Source: a virus. From it: a DNA stretch of 64,000 nt. The notes beneath the pieces are model-generated. The model saw only the letters and a list, made by a program, of their open reading frames with translations, had not been told where the DNA came from and searched no databases. Both the position numbers and the translations under genes were made by a program. Of the stretch, positions 40,719 through 49,290 are shown one piece after another. The stretch lies in IMG/VR virus record IMGVR_UViG_3300008117_007749; one strand, given 5' to 3'. Positions within the stretch are counted from its first letter, which is position 1, and every line of letters begins with the position of its first letter.

Positions 40719-41171
40719 ATGAAAAAGAGAAAACTTTTAATTGATTCAGAAATATCTGAATCTATTTTTAAAGATGAAAAAACAAAAATAAATAAAATAG
40801 ACGGAGAGTGGTATTTTGAAATTGGAAGAGAAGTTACATCAGACTTAGCAGAAGCAGTAACTTTAATGATGAGACTTTATGATTCTAAAGATGAAATTTG
40901 GAATTTGGAAATTAAAACAAAGTCAGAATCTATTACACCAGAAAAATGTTTATTCTGGCTTACTGGTGGTAAAAATGAATGGTCGTCTTGTGAAAATTAC
41001 ATCATTAATTGGTCAAAGTGTCATTTAGATTTTCAGGAAGAATTTGGAATATTGATTATAAATATTGTAAAAAGGTCAAAAAATTTAGGTGATATTAGAA
41101 AACATTTTTTAAAATATTTGAACTTAGCCATTCTATACGATTTTGCATTAAGTAAAGGATTTATCAACTAA
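40719..41171 (+). CDS. Hypothetical protein
   Basis: ORF, start MKKRKLL. Confidence 0.55.
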   Translation: MKKRKLLIDSEISESIFKDEKTKINKIDGEWYFEIGREVTSDLAEAVTLMMRLYDSKDEIWNLEIKTKSESITPEKCLFWLTGGKNEWSSCENYIINWSKCHLDFQEEFGILIINIVKRSKNLGDIRKHFLKYLNLAILYDFALSKGFIN

Positions 41172-41176
41172 CTTTT

Positions 41177-41208
41177 AAAACCCATCAATTTGATGGGTTT
41201 TGTTTTTT
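41177..41208 (+). terminator. Intrinsic terminator
   Basis: AAAACCCATCAA/TTGATGGGTTTT. Confidence 0.75.
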
Positions 41209-41219
41209 ATATATAGTCT

Positions 41220-41477
41220 ATGGAAGAATTTGAAAAAATTTGTAAGAATCCCTGGTGTAAAGGATTGTTTAGATACAATGAAACTCATTTTATAAAAAAA
41301 GAAGACGGTACCTTAGAACATCCAAAAACTTGTCATAAATGTAATAGCTTTTCAAATGATTTAAGTGGTGGTGTTGAATGGAACGACAAAACTTATGAAG
41401 AAAGAGAAGACGAATGTTTTTATCCAGGATCTTCAATTTATTCATATAAATATAAAATTACTCAATATAGACAATGA
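41220..41477 (+). CDS. Small zinc-finger protein
   Basis: CKNPWC ... CHKC. Confidence 0.6.
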   Translation: MEEFEKICKNPWCKGLFRYNETHFIKKEDGTLEHPKTCHKCNSFSNDLSGGVEWNDKTYEEREDECFYPGSSIYSYKYKITQYRQ

Positions 41478-42346
41478 CAGCTCATTTTTTTGATATCAAT
41501 TCAGTTATTCAATCACATGCTGAGGTTTGGATTGTTTCGAAATCCGAGCCTAATAAACCAATACTTAAAGTTTCTCAGTCAGATTTTAATTTGATTAAGA
41601 AAGGAATATTCAAAAAACACGAACAACAAATAAAAATAAATGGTCAAAGTTATTGGATAGACGAACAAACTATGAATAAATTAAAAATTAGATGTAAAAA
41701 TCTAAAAGTTAATATAAATAACCTTCACTTTTCAATGCAAGAATTTATGAATCCAGAATTAATCAGTAACATTAACTTTAAAATCTGGAATGAACACTTT
41801 ATTCATTTAAGAAACTCACAAGATGATATTTATATAATCTGCTCTAAAAACAACAAAAGAAACTATGAGTCACTAATTGACAAATTAGAGGAAGATATGA
41901 GAAATATCGGAATACAAATAAAAGACTATTATTTTATTTCAGAGACTTTTTATAATAGAGATCAGGACGATATATCTCATAAAAAATGTAGGCTTATATT
42001 ACAACACATCGTTGGATTGAAAACAGATATCGATAAATTTACAGAAGAAGAAATTACCAAATACGATAAAATAATATTTTATGATGACGAAATTGAGTCA
42101 ATTGATTTAATCAATAACTCAAATACTTTATTAAAATTTCTTTATGGTAATTCAGAAAAAAATGTTCAAAGTAATATCAAAGAAATTCTAAAATCTTATC
42201 CAGTAGTTGAGACAAATCTTGTTACATTCAATAAAGTAAATATATTTGTAAAAAAGGAAATAAAAATTGAATTAGATAAAATTTTTAAGACTTTTGAAAG
42301 TTTTAGTCTTTTTTACCAGAATCTTTATTTAACATCGCGGTCTTAA
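41474..42346 (+). CDS. HAD-superfamily-like protein (degenerate motif I)
   Basis: HFFDINSV, IICSK, K, FYDD. Confidence 0.5.
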   Translation: MTAHFFDINSVIQSHAEVWIVSKSEPNKPILKVSQSDFNLIKKGIFKKHEQQIKINGQSYWIDEQTMNKLKIRCKNLKVNINNLHFSMQEFMNPELISNINFKIWNEHFIHLRNSQDDIYIICSKNNKRNYESLIDKLEEDMRNIGIQIKDYYFISETFYNRDQDDISHKKCRLILQHIVGLKTDIDKFTEEEITKYDKIIFYDDEIESIDLINNSNTLLKFLYGNSEKNVQSNIKEILKSYPVVETNLVTFNKVNIFVKKEIKIELDKIFKTFESFSLFYQNLYLTSRS

Positions 42347-42932
42347 TAAGTTCATTTAGTTTTCTATTATCCATAATCTCACCATCAGTATTTGTACTCT
42401 CAGACAACTCTTCGTTGTTTTTTATATCTGGATTTTCAATTTCATTGAATCCCATATCCTTTCTCAATGTTTTCCAAAACTTTTCAAAATCAGTTCTTTG
42501 ACCCATTAAAAATTTAGAGTTCTCTCTTATTTGACCAATAGTCTGATTAACTACTTCATGCATTCTAGCAGAATTATCACCATTATCAACTTGTCTTAAT
42601 TGAGAAAGGAAGTTTTTTCTAGTCATTTTTTGTAGAAAAAGACCTTCAGCATAAACCATAGCATCCTCTTTCATTTTGTTTTTGATGTAAGGGTGTTCTT
42701 TTAATTGAGGAATATCACTTAAATAAAGATCAACTAAAGACTCTAATACATCCATAGATTGTTGTGATGAAACTGTTAAGTCTGAATCATAGTCATATAT
42801 TTCAATTTCACCTAAATCAGGTAAATCTTCTGGCTTAGCTAAGTGTTTTGATATATCAAAATCACCACCCTCTGACTGAATCTGTTCAAATTCATCTTTC
42901 AATCTATTTCTTTCGTTTTCTGATTTCGACAT
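42303..42932 (-). CDS. Probable terminase small subunit (gp16-like)
   Basis: NGDNSARMHEVVNQTIGQI resembles T4 gp16 NADSPRHMEVFATLMGQM; divergent from TerL. Confidence 0.55.
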   Translation of the reverse strand: MSKSENERNRLKDEFEQIQSEGGDFDISKHLAKPEDLPDLGEIEIYDYDSDLTVSSQQSMDVLESLVDLYLSDIPQLKEHPYIKNKMKEDAMVYAEGLFLQKMTRKNFLSQLRQVDNGDNSARMHEVVNQTIGQIRENSKFLMGQRTDFEKFWKTLRKDMGFNEIENPDIKNNEELSESTNTDGEIMDNRKLNELIKTAMLNKDSGKKD

Positions 42933-42976
42933 AGAAGCGGTTTTTTACGATATATATAATAAAACGGTCTTTCCGT

Positions 42977-45118
42977 ATGACTAATATTAGAGAAGAAAAA
43001 GAAAAACAGATGATATTTACTACCAAATTGGTAGATGAATCAACTGATAAGATAAATGACGGTGTTGTTTTAAAACGATATCAAAATCCATGGCTAAAAA
43101 GTGAAGTAGGTCTAAGAAGATCGGGAGTAACTTTCAGAATGACTCCCGATGAACAACAAGAGTATGTAAGATGTGCAATAGATGTTCATTACTTTGTTGA
43201 AAAATATTGTAAAGTTAAAAGAGAAGATGGTTCAATTGGAAATATTTTCCTAAGAGATTATCAGAAAGATATATTAGATAACTTTGTAAATAGTAGATTT
43301 AATATACTTATGGCCTCTCGACAAGTAGGAAAAACAGTCTCTTCTTCAATTTTTATGTTACATAAAATTCTTTTTGATAATGATAAAAACATAATGATTG
43401 TTGCAAACAAAGGAGATACAGCTGTAGAAATCGTCGATAAAATAAAATCAATTTATACATTGCTTCCATTCTTCTTAAAACCAGGTATAAAAACTTGGAA
43501 TCAAAAGTCACTAACATTTGAGAATGGATGTAGAATAAAAACATCAGCTAGAACAAAAACTCCAGCAATCGGTTTCACCATTGACGTTCTTTATTTAGAT
43601 GAGTTTGCTCATATTCCTTCGAATATCATCGAACCATATTATACCGCTGCTTTCCCAACTACAGCTGCTGTACAAAACTCAAAAATTATAATTACTTCCA
43701 CTCCTAATGGTATGAATCTATTTCATAAACTTTTAACAGACGCTGAAAGACCAGAGGGAGATCCATTAAGGAATAACTATAAAGCAATGAGAGTCTATTG
43801 GTATCAAGTACCTGGTAGATTTGTAACATATTTAAGACTAAACTCACATAAGCTATATGAACATGGATTAACAAAAGAGGAGATTTTTGAAATTTGCAGA
43901 GAAAGATGGGAAAATAAAACAAAAATTGAAATAGGATATAACTCTGACTTACAAAAAGATGTAATTCATATCTATAATAATGAAAATTGCTCTGATGAAG
44001 ATGTCAAATCAATGACATTTATAGATAACAAAGGATTTGAAGTTCCTATTAGATTTTTAGCGGAAGTGACCACTTGGAAAGAAGAAGCAATAAAAGACAT
44101 TGGAGGAGAAGACGCATTTAATCAAGAATACGGTCTAAGGTTTATAAATGCTTCAAAATCACTATTAAATGAAGGAATAATAGATGAGCTACTTAGAAAC
44201 AAAAAGAACTATGAATTTGAAGAAATTTACGAATTTGATAAAAAAATAAAATTTAGTTATAGAGATTTGAAATGGGTAGATGATGATAATATATTCTTAC
44301 CAGTAAGAAGAAAAGAATATAAAATAGTTATATCAGTGGATATATCCGAAGGTTTAGGTCAAGACTACTCAGTGATAAATATTTTTAAAATAAGCGAAAA
44401 GACTAAAGAAACAATAGAATCTCAAAAAGATTCTTATAAATCCATAGTTGATTTCTTTAGACTTGAACAAGTAGGAATTTTCAGAAGCAATCTAGTATCA
44501 GTAAAACAATTATCCGAGTTCTTATACATTTTGGCATTTGAATATCTAAATCCTGAAAATGTAAAAATAGTTCTTGAATTAAATAACTATGGAAACACCC
44601 TTTTAGCTGAAATGCCTCACGTTTTTGATGGAAATAATAACTACGGATCATCTATCTTTGTAAGATATAAACATAGAGCGGATTCGACAGAAGAAAAAAT
44701 TGGACTCAAAGTTGGTGAAAATAAGAATCTTTTGGTGAAAGATTACCAAGATTTAATGTATGCTAAATCATTTGCTATCAATAACGAGGATACTATAAGA
44801 GAAATTACAACATTTGTTAAACACATAACAACAGCTGGTAACGTGAGATACGCAGCAGACGTTGGACATGATGATACAGTAATGACTATAGTAAATGCTA
44901 CTACAGTTTTTCAAAAAAATGAGTTTAAGGAAATGGTTGAAGAATATTCTAACAAACAATTAGATAAAGAAATGCTATCATATATTAAAGAATGTATGAA
45001 TAGACTTGACTATGTTGAGGGTGTTGATTACGGACAAGTATTGAGAATTAGAAGACAAAATCAAAATCAAAGAAATATGAACAAAAACTCAGGAATTAAC
45101 TGGTTTGGTAAAAATTAA
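42977..45118 (+). CDS. Terminase large subunit (gp17-like)
   Basis: LRDYQ, ASRQVGKT (Walker A), LYLDEFAH (Walker B), ITSTPNG, FNQEY, SVDISEGLGQDYS, ELNNYG, GHDD. Confidence 0.95.
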   Translation: MTNIREEKEKQMIFTTKLVDESTDKINDGVVLKRYQNPWLKSEVGLRRSGVTFRMTPDEQQEYVRCAIDVHYFVEKYCKVKREDGSIGNIFLRDYQKDILDNFVNSRFNILMASRQVGKTVSSSIFMLHKILFDNDKNIMIVANKGDTAVEIVDKIKSIYTLLPFFLKPGIKTWNQKSLTFENGCRIKTSARTKTPAIGFTIDVLYLDEFAHIPSNIIEPYYTAAFPTTAAVQNSKIIITSTPNGMNLFHKLLTDAERPEGDPLRNNYKAMRVYWYQVPGRFVTYLRLNSHKLYEHGLTKEEIFEICRERWENKTKIEIGYNSDLQKDVIHIYNNENCSDEDVKSMTFIDNKGFEVPIRFLAEVTTWKEEAIKDIGGEDAFNQEYGLRFINASKSLLNEGIIDELLRNKKNYEFEEIYEFDKKIKFSYRDLKWVDDDNIFLPVRRKEYKIVISVDISEGLGQDYSVINIFKISEKTKETIESQKDSYKSIVDFFRLEQVGIFRSNLVSVKQLSEFLYILAFEYLNPENVKIVLELNNYGNTLLAEMPHVFDGNNNYGSSIFVRYKHRADSTEEKIGLKVGENKNLLVKDYQDLMYAKSFAINNEDTIREITTFVKHITTAGNVRYAADVGHDDTVMTIVNATTVFQKNEFKEMVEEYSNKQLDKEMLSYIKECMNRLDYVEGVDYGQVLRIRRQNQNQRNMNKNSGINWFGKN

Positions 45119-45399
45119 CCATTTTCTTCCATTGTTACAGACAATCCAGAATTTTGTAATTTTTCTTTCATAGAAGAAATTGTATCAAAATCTCCGTATT
45201 TTACATCACATTTTCCTTTAAAATGGACAATATGAGCACATTGATTTGCTTGCTCAAATTCGTGACCACAGTATTTCATAAGACAATTGATTACATGATC
45301 AAACGTATTATGATCATCATTATGAAGGTCTAATCGATAAGGTTTAGAAAGTAATTCTTTTACTTTACTTTGTGTTTTCTTTTTTGTAATTGTTGCCAT
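45115..45399 (-). CDS. clpS: ATP-dependent Clp protease adaptor ClpS
   Basis: LHNDDHNTFDHVI..L...C.H..EQA..CA..VHFKGKC.V. Confidence 0.85.
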   Translation of the reverse strand: MATITKKKTQSKVKELLSKPYRLDLHNDDHNTFDHVINCLMKYCGHEFEQANQCAHIVHFKGKCDVKYGDFDTISSMKEKLQNSGLSVTMEENG

Positions 45400-45414
45400 A
45401 TAAGTAATATTATT

Positions 45415-45936
45415 TTATGAGTTAAAAGTTTTAGCTGTTTTATTTACAACATCTACTATTGTAACCACACACATCTGTGTTTTAGCCCATTCTTCAAAAT
45501 GAGGTAGATGTTCCAATCTATCATCATACATAACAAAATGACGACAACCTGTTTTTGATATCATTTTTTCAAAAAGAGTAGTTTTAAATTTAAAAGTATC
45601 ACCTCCCCAATTAAGATATAATTCATCAAATTGAAAATTGTAGTATTCTAATATTTTAGAAACAGCGTCTCTCATTCCCGTAACCGTATCCAATCTACCG
45701 GTTGCTAATATTAAGTAACCACTTGGATCATTTTTTGCATCTACATATTTTTTATAAACCCATTCGTTTTTTGGTGTATCAAAAATAGAAATATCTAAAG
45801 TTTCTACTTTAGACCACCATCCTCTATGAGGCCAGACACTGCCAGTTTTTTCTTGCCATATTTGCTTCCCCGGTTCAGGTAACATAGTATGTATTAATGT
45901 TTCATCAAAGTCGAATGAGTATAAAGTATTATACAT
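45415..45936 (-). CDS. HAD phosphatase (RNA-repair 'Swiss Army Knife'-like HAD)
   Basis: FDFDETL, GWW, ILATGR, FK, YDDR. Confidence 0.7.
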   Translation of the reverse strand: MYNTLYSFDFDETLIHTMLPEPGKQIWQEKTGSVWPHRGWWSKVETLDISIFDTPKNEWVYKKYVDAKNDPSGYLILATGRLDTVTGMRDAVSKILEYYNFQFDELYLNWGGDTFKFKTTLFEKMISKTGCRHFVMYDDRLEHLPHFEEWAKTQMCVVTIVDVVNKTAKTFNS

Positions 45937-46019
45937 AAAATTTATTTATTTTTTCACAAATATATATAAATTATTTAAAAGTAGAAACAGAAGAATAAAA
46001 AATTATATATAATTTAATT

Positions 46020-46436
46020 ATGAAAATACAACTTGACTTTAAATCGATTTTAATTTTGGTGTTTTTAGGAATATCAATTTTGTTTTTCTCAATGTGGTTT
46101 CTAAAAGGAACTGGTTATAAAAAAGAATTTAAGAAACTAGAATTAGAATTTCAAAAATTACAAAAAACAAGAGATTCATTAGAAGCAGTCAATATAAAAT
46201 TAAAAATTGACTTTGAAAAAATTCAACAGAAAATTGATGAAAGAAATTTAGAAATTAAAAAGGTAGAATATGAATTAGTAAAAGTTAAAAAAGATCTTAA
46301 TTCATCCAATAATCAATTACAAAAAAATAAAAAAGATTTAGAAGAGACTAGAAAAAAAATAGAAAAACTTAAAAAAGATCCAATAAAGAGAGAAGGCGAA
46401 GACCTTATAAATTCTCTTAAAGAAAAATTAAAATAA
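46020..46436 (+). CDS. Membrane-anchored coiled-coil protein (i-spanin-like)
   Basis: N-terminal TM helix plus long heptad region. Confidence 0.5.
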   Translation: MKIQLDFKSILILVFLGISILFFSMWFLKGTGYKKEFKKLELEFQKLQKTRDSLEAVNIKLKIDFEKIQQKIDERNLEIKKVEYELVKVKKDLNSSNNQLQKNKKDLEETRKKIEKLKKDPIKREGEDLINSLKEKLK

Positions 46437-46438
46437 AA

Positions 46439-46936
46439 ATGAAAAATATATTAATAACTTCAATATTCTTAATTTTATCAACTATTTGTTTCTCTCAAGA
46501 CTATCCTAGAATTGAAACTGATTCAAACGGAATAAAATTGGTAGTAATGACTTATGAACAAGCTCAAAAAATTGATAACGCATTTGAATTAGTCACTCTA
46601 TTAGAAAAGGCAGGAGCTGAATGTGATAGTCTTACTCTATCTTATGTAAAAGTTATAGACGGTCTAAAAAGACAAGTTTCTCTTTTAGAATTAGATTTAA
46701 GTTTATATAAAGGACAAGTAATAGACAAAGATAGACAATTATCAAATATTCAAAAACAATTAAATAATTGCGAAACTAATAAAGCAGCATGTGATTCTCA
46801 AATTTCTATAAGAGATAGTCAAATTAATTTACTCAATGATGAAATTAAGACTTTGAAAACAAAGAGAAATATTGCATATGGTGTAGGGATTGGAGGAGTT
46901 ATCGGAGGCATTCTACTTGTTTTATTTATTCATTAA
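46439..46936 (+). CDS. Secreted coiled-coil protein with C-terminal TM (spanin-like partner)
   Basis: Signal peptide ending CFS-Q, coiled coil, GVGIGGVIGGILLVLF. Confidence 0.5.
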   Translation: MKNILITSIFLILSTICFSQDYPRIETDSNGIKLVVMTYEQAQKIDNAFELVTLLEKAGAECDSLTLSYVKVIDGLKRQVSLLELDLSLYKGQVIDKDRQLSNIQKQLNNCETNKAACDSQISIRDSQINLLNDEIKTLKTKRNIAYGVGIGGVIGGILLVLFIH

Positions 46937-46996
46937 AATTGAAAAAAAATTGGTTTTTTTAATTAATATATACATTATAAAAAATATAGCTATAAA

Positions 46997-47752
46997 ATGA
47001 AGCACATTAGAACATTTGAAAGTTATCGTATAAGAAAAAACAGAGAAGAGATTATTAAAGAATCTGTTCTTCAAGTAAACGATATCTATAAAGTTAAGAC
47101 TATGATTGATATTCCACAATCATTAATCAATGCTTATGTTAAAAAAGTAAAAGATACTACAGGTAAAAACTTGAGACAATTTTTTGGAGATGTTGATATC
47201 GCTGAAGAAATTGTTAAGTATATAAACTTGAATAATCTTGATGTTGAAAAACTACCAGGAAATGCTCTCATGGGTGGGGCTCAAGGACAAACTCAAGGAC
47301 AAAATCAGACACAAGTTCAAGTAGAAGGTGGTCAAGAACAAGCTCAAACACAAGAACAAGCTCAAACACAAGGACAAGCTCAAACACAAGGACAAGCTCA
47401 AACACAAGGACAAGCTCAAACACAAGGACAAGCTCAAACACAAGGACAAGCTCAAGGTCAAGGACAAGCTCAAGGTCAAGCTCAAGGTCAAGGACAAGCT
47501 CAGGGTCAAGGACAAGCTCAAGGACAAGCTCAAGGTCAAGGACAAGCTCAAGGTCAAGGACAAGCTCAGGGTCAAGGACAAGCTCAAGAAGGAGAATTTG
47601 AAGAACCACAAGCTCAAGGACAAGCTCAAGGACAAGCTCAGGGTCAAGGACAAGGTCAGGGTCAAGGACAAGCTCAAGGACAAGCTCAAGGACAAGCTCA
47701 AGGACAAGCTCAAGAAGAGGAAGAAGAGGGAGAAGAGGAATTACCAGCTTAA
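46997..47752 (+). CDS. Tagged protein (MKHIRTFESY) with Gln-Gly-Gln-Ala low-complexity tail
   Basis: ORF after TTAATATATAC, followed by a terminator. Confidence 0.75.
   Translation: MKHIRTFESYRIRKNREEIIKESVLQVNDIYKVKTMIDIPQSLINAYVKKVKDTTGKNLRQFFGDVDIAEEIVKYINLNNLDVEKLPGNALMGGAQGQTQGQNQTQVQVEGGQEQAQTQEQAQTQGQAQTQGQAQTQGQAQTQGQAQTQGQAQGQGQAQGQAQGQGQAQGQGQAQGQAQGQGQAQGQGQAQGQGQAQEGEFEEPQAQGQAQGQAQGQGQGQGQGQAQGQAQGQAQGQAQEEEEEGEEELPA
47333..47713 (+). repeat. Coding tandem repeat of 6/12/18-bp units (CAAGCT, CAAGGA, CAAACA, CAAGGT)
   Basis: e.g. (CAAGCTCAAACACAAGGA)n then (CAAGCTCAAGGA/T)n. Confidence 0.95.
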
Positions 47753-47772
47753 TCTAAAATAAAATATTAAAG

Positions 47773-47799
47773 AAACCCATCAGAAATGATGGGTTTTTT
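47773..47799 (+). terminator. Intrinsic terminator
   Basis: AAACCCATCA-GAAA-TGATGGGTTT plus T run. Confidence 0.8.
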
Positions 47800-47815
47800 A
47801 TTTAATATATAGTTT

Positions 47816-48430
47816 ATGAAGTTTATTAAAACATTTGAAAGCTACAATGAAGATACTTTAATCATAGTGGATGTTCAGAAATCATTTAGAAAGTATTTTT
47901 CCGAAATGTATCTAAACGAACTTAAAAAATACTGTAAAAATTTTAATAATGTTTATCAGATTTGGGATAATCATCCGGATGGTAAAAATGTGGATAAAGA
48001 TTATCTATATGATGAGACTCCTGAAATTCCTATCCATAAAGACATTTATCACTTTCCAAATCAAAAAGAATTAATTGAAAAAAGATATAATTACGACGTT
48101 GATGCCGATTTTTACAAGAAAATACTAGATAAAGAAGTTTATGATAAAATTAGTAAAAAAGAAGAGGAAAAAACATTAAAAAAAGGAGATATCTTTGAGA
48201 CAAAGGAGGGAACTATAATCACATTTATAAACAACAATCATGTTTGGTTTCACTGTCCTAAAAAACTATATGATCTTTTAATAGACTTAAAGGGAAGAGA
48301 AGTTACTATTGTTGGTGGAGCTGACGGCGAGTGTCTAGAGGATGTAGTAACAACAGCTGAAAGTTTAGGTGTCAAAATAAAAAGAGATTATAAATACATC
48401 TGGACCGCTACAAGTTGTCCAATAAAGTAG
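47816..48430 (+). CDS. Isochorismatase/nicotinamidase-like cysteine hydrolase with N-terminal tag
   Basis: LIIVDVQKSF, IEK, VGGADGECL (Asp-Lys-Cys triad). Confidence 0.7.
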   Translation: MKFIKTFESYNEDTLIIVDVQKSFRKYFSEMYLNELKKYCKNFNNVYQIWDNHPDGKNVDKDYLYDETPEIPIHKDIYHFPNQKELIEKRYNYDVDADFYKKILDKEVYDKISKKEEEKTLKKGDIFETKEGTIITFINNNHVWFHCPKKLYDLLIDLKGREVTIVGGADGECLEDVVTTAESLGVKIKRDYKYIWTATSCPIK

Positions 48431-48437
48431 AAAACAA

Positions 48438-48890
48438 ATGAAATATTTAAAATTTTTTGAAAACTTCGAATATGAAGAAATAGAATTACCAGAAGAAGAG
48501 TATCTTTACATCCAACCCTCACAAATTAAAAATGCAGGTAATGGTCTTTTTACCTCTATAGATATAGAATGTGGTGAAATCATTTCTAAATTTAAAGGGG
48601 AAGTAATATCAGATGAAGAAGCAAAAAGAAGAGCCTATCTAGGAGATGATGATTACTTTATGAATTTACCATCAGGAGAAACTTTAGACTGTAAAAGAAC
48701 AGATTGTTTTGCTAAATTTGCAAATGATGCTGAAGGAATTCCTTCAAATTTTGAAAATAACTCAATTATAACAATGGACGATGATAACAATGTTGTTTTA
48801 TTATCAGATAGAGATATCAAATCAGGTGAAGAAATATTTGTTGGATACGGAAAAAGTTACTGGAAAATAAATAAATATCGAGTTAATTAA
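48438..48890 (+). CDS. SET-domain protein lysine methyltransferase with N-terminal tag
   Basis: SQIKNAGNGLF, GEII..FKG, AKFAND, RDIKSGEEIFVGYG..YW. Confidence 0.85.
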   Translation: MKYLKFFENFEYEEIELPEEEYLYIQPSQIKNAGNGLFTSIDIECGEIISKFKGEVISDEEAKRRAYLGDDDYFMNLPSGETLDCKRTDCFAKFANDAEGIPSNFENNSIITMDDDNNVVLLSDRDIKSGEEIFVGYGKSYWKINKYRVN

Positions 48891-49264
48891 GAAACAGAAG
48901 CATAAACTTCATAACCCGCTACCTCAAAGTTTATTTCCATATATTCTTGAAATCTCTCTGGATCTTCAAAAAATTCAACTAATAAAGAATATTCAATTTC
49001 TTTTAATTCAGGAATATATTCATTTATTTGTGATTTAATTTCATTTTCTATACTTTCAGCTGATAATCTTGTCTCATGTAATAGTTGATATAAATCTCCT
49101 CCGAAATTAGGATCACCAAAAAAATCACCTTTATTAGTGAATAAAATCATTTCATATTTTTGTATTATAACTCTTACAACATCATCCTCAATAATATCCG
49201 GAGTTTTAAATCTGGGATGACCAGGGTACCCTATATAAAAATCTACAAAATTAAAATTACTCAT
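48887..49264 (-). CDS. Baseplate wedge protein (gp25-like)
   Basis: ILFTNKGD...DPNFGGDLYQLL.E...I..QI..YIP. Confidence 0.8.
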   Translation of the reverse strand: MSNFNFVDFYIGYPGHPRFKTPDIIEDDVVRVIIQKYEMILFTNKGDFFGDPNFGGDLYQLLHETRLSAESIENEIKSQINEYIPELKEIEYSLLVEFFEDPERFQEYMEINFEVAGYEVYASVS

Positions 49265-49290
49265 AAAATTATATATTAAAAATTAGAATC

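Noticed and set aside
43820-44068. Intein in TerL
   Set aside because: No N-terminal Cys/Ser, no C-terminal His-Asn, and too short
47333-47713. Possible CRISPR array
   Set aside because: Short tandem coding units with no unique spacers; no cas genes in the window
47252-47762. Alternative-frame and antisense ORFs (SLSL..., LELVL..., KDKLK...)
   Set aside because: By-products of the stop-free CAAGCT/CAAGGA repeat; the Gln-rich frame has the promoter, tag and terminator
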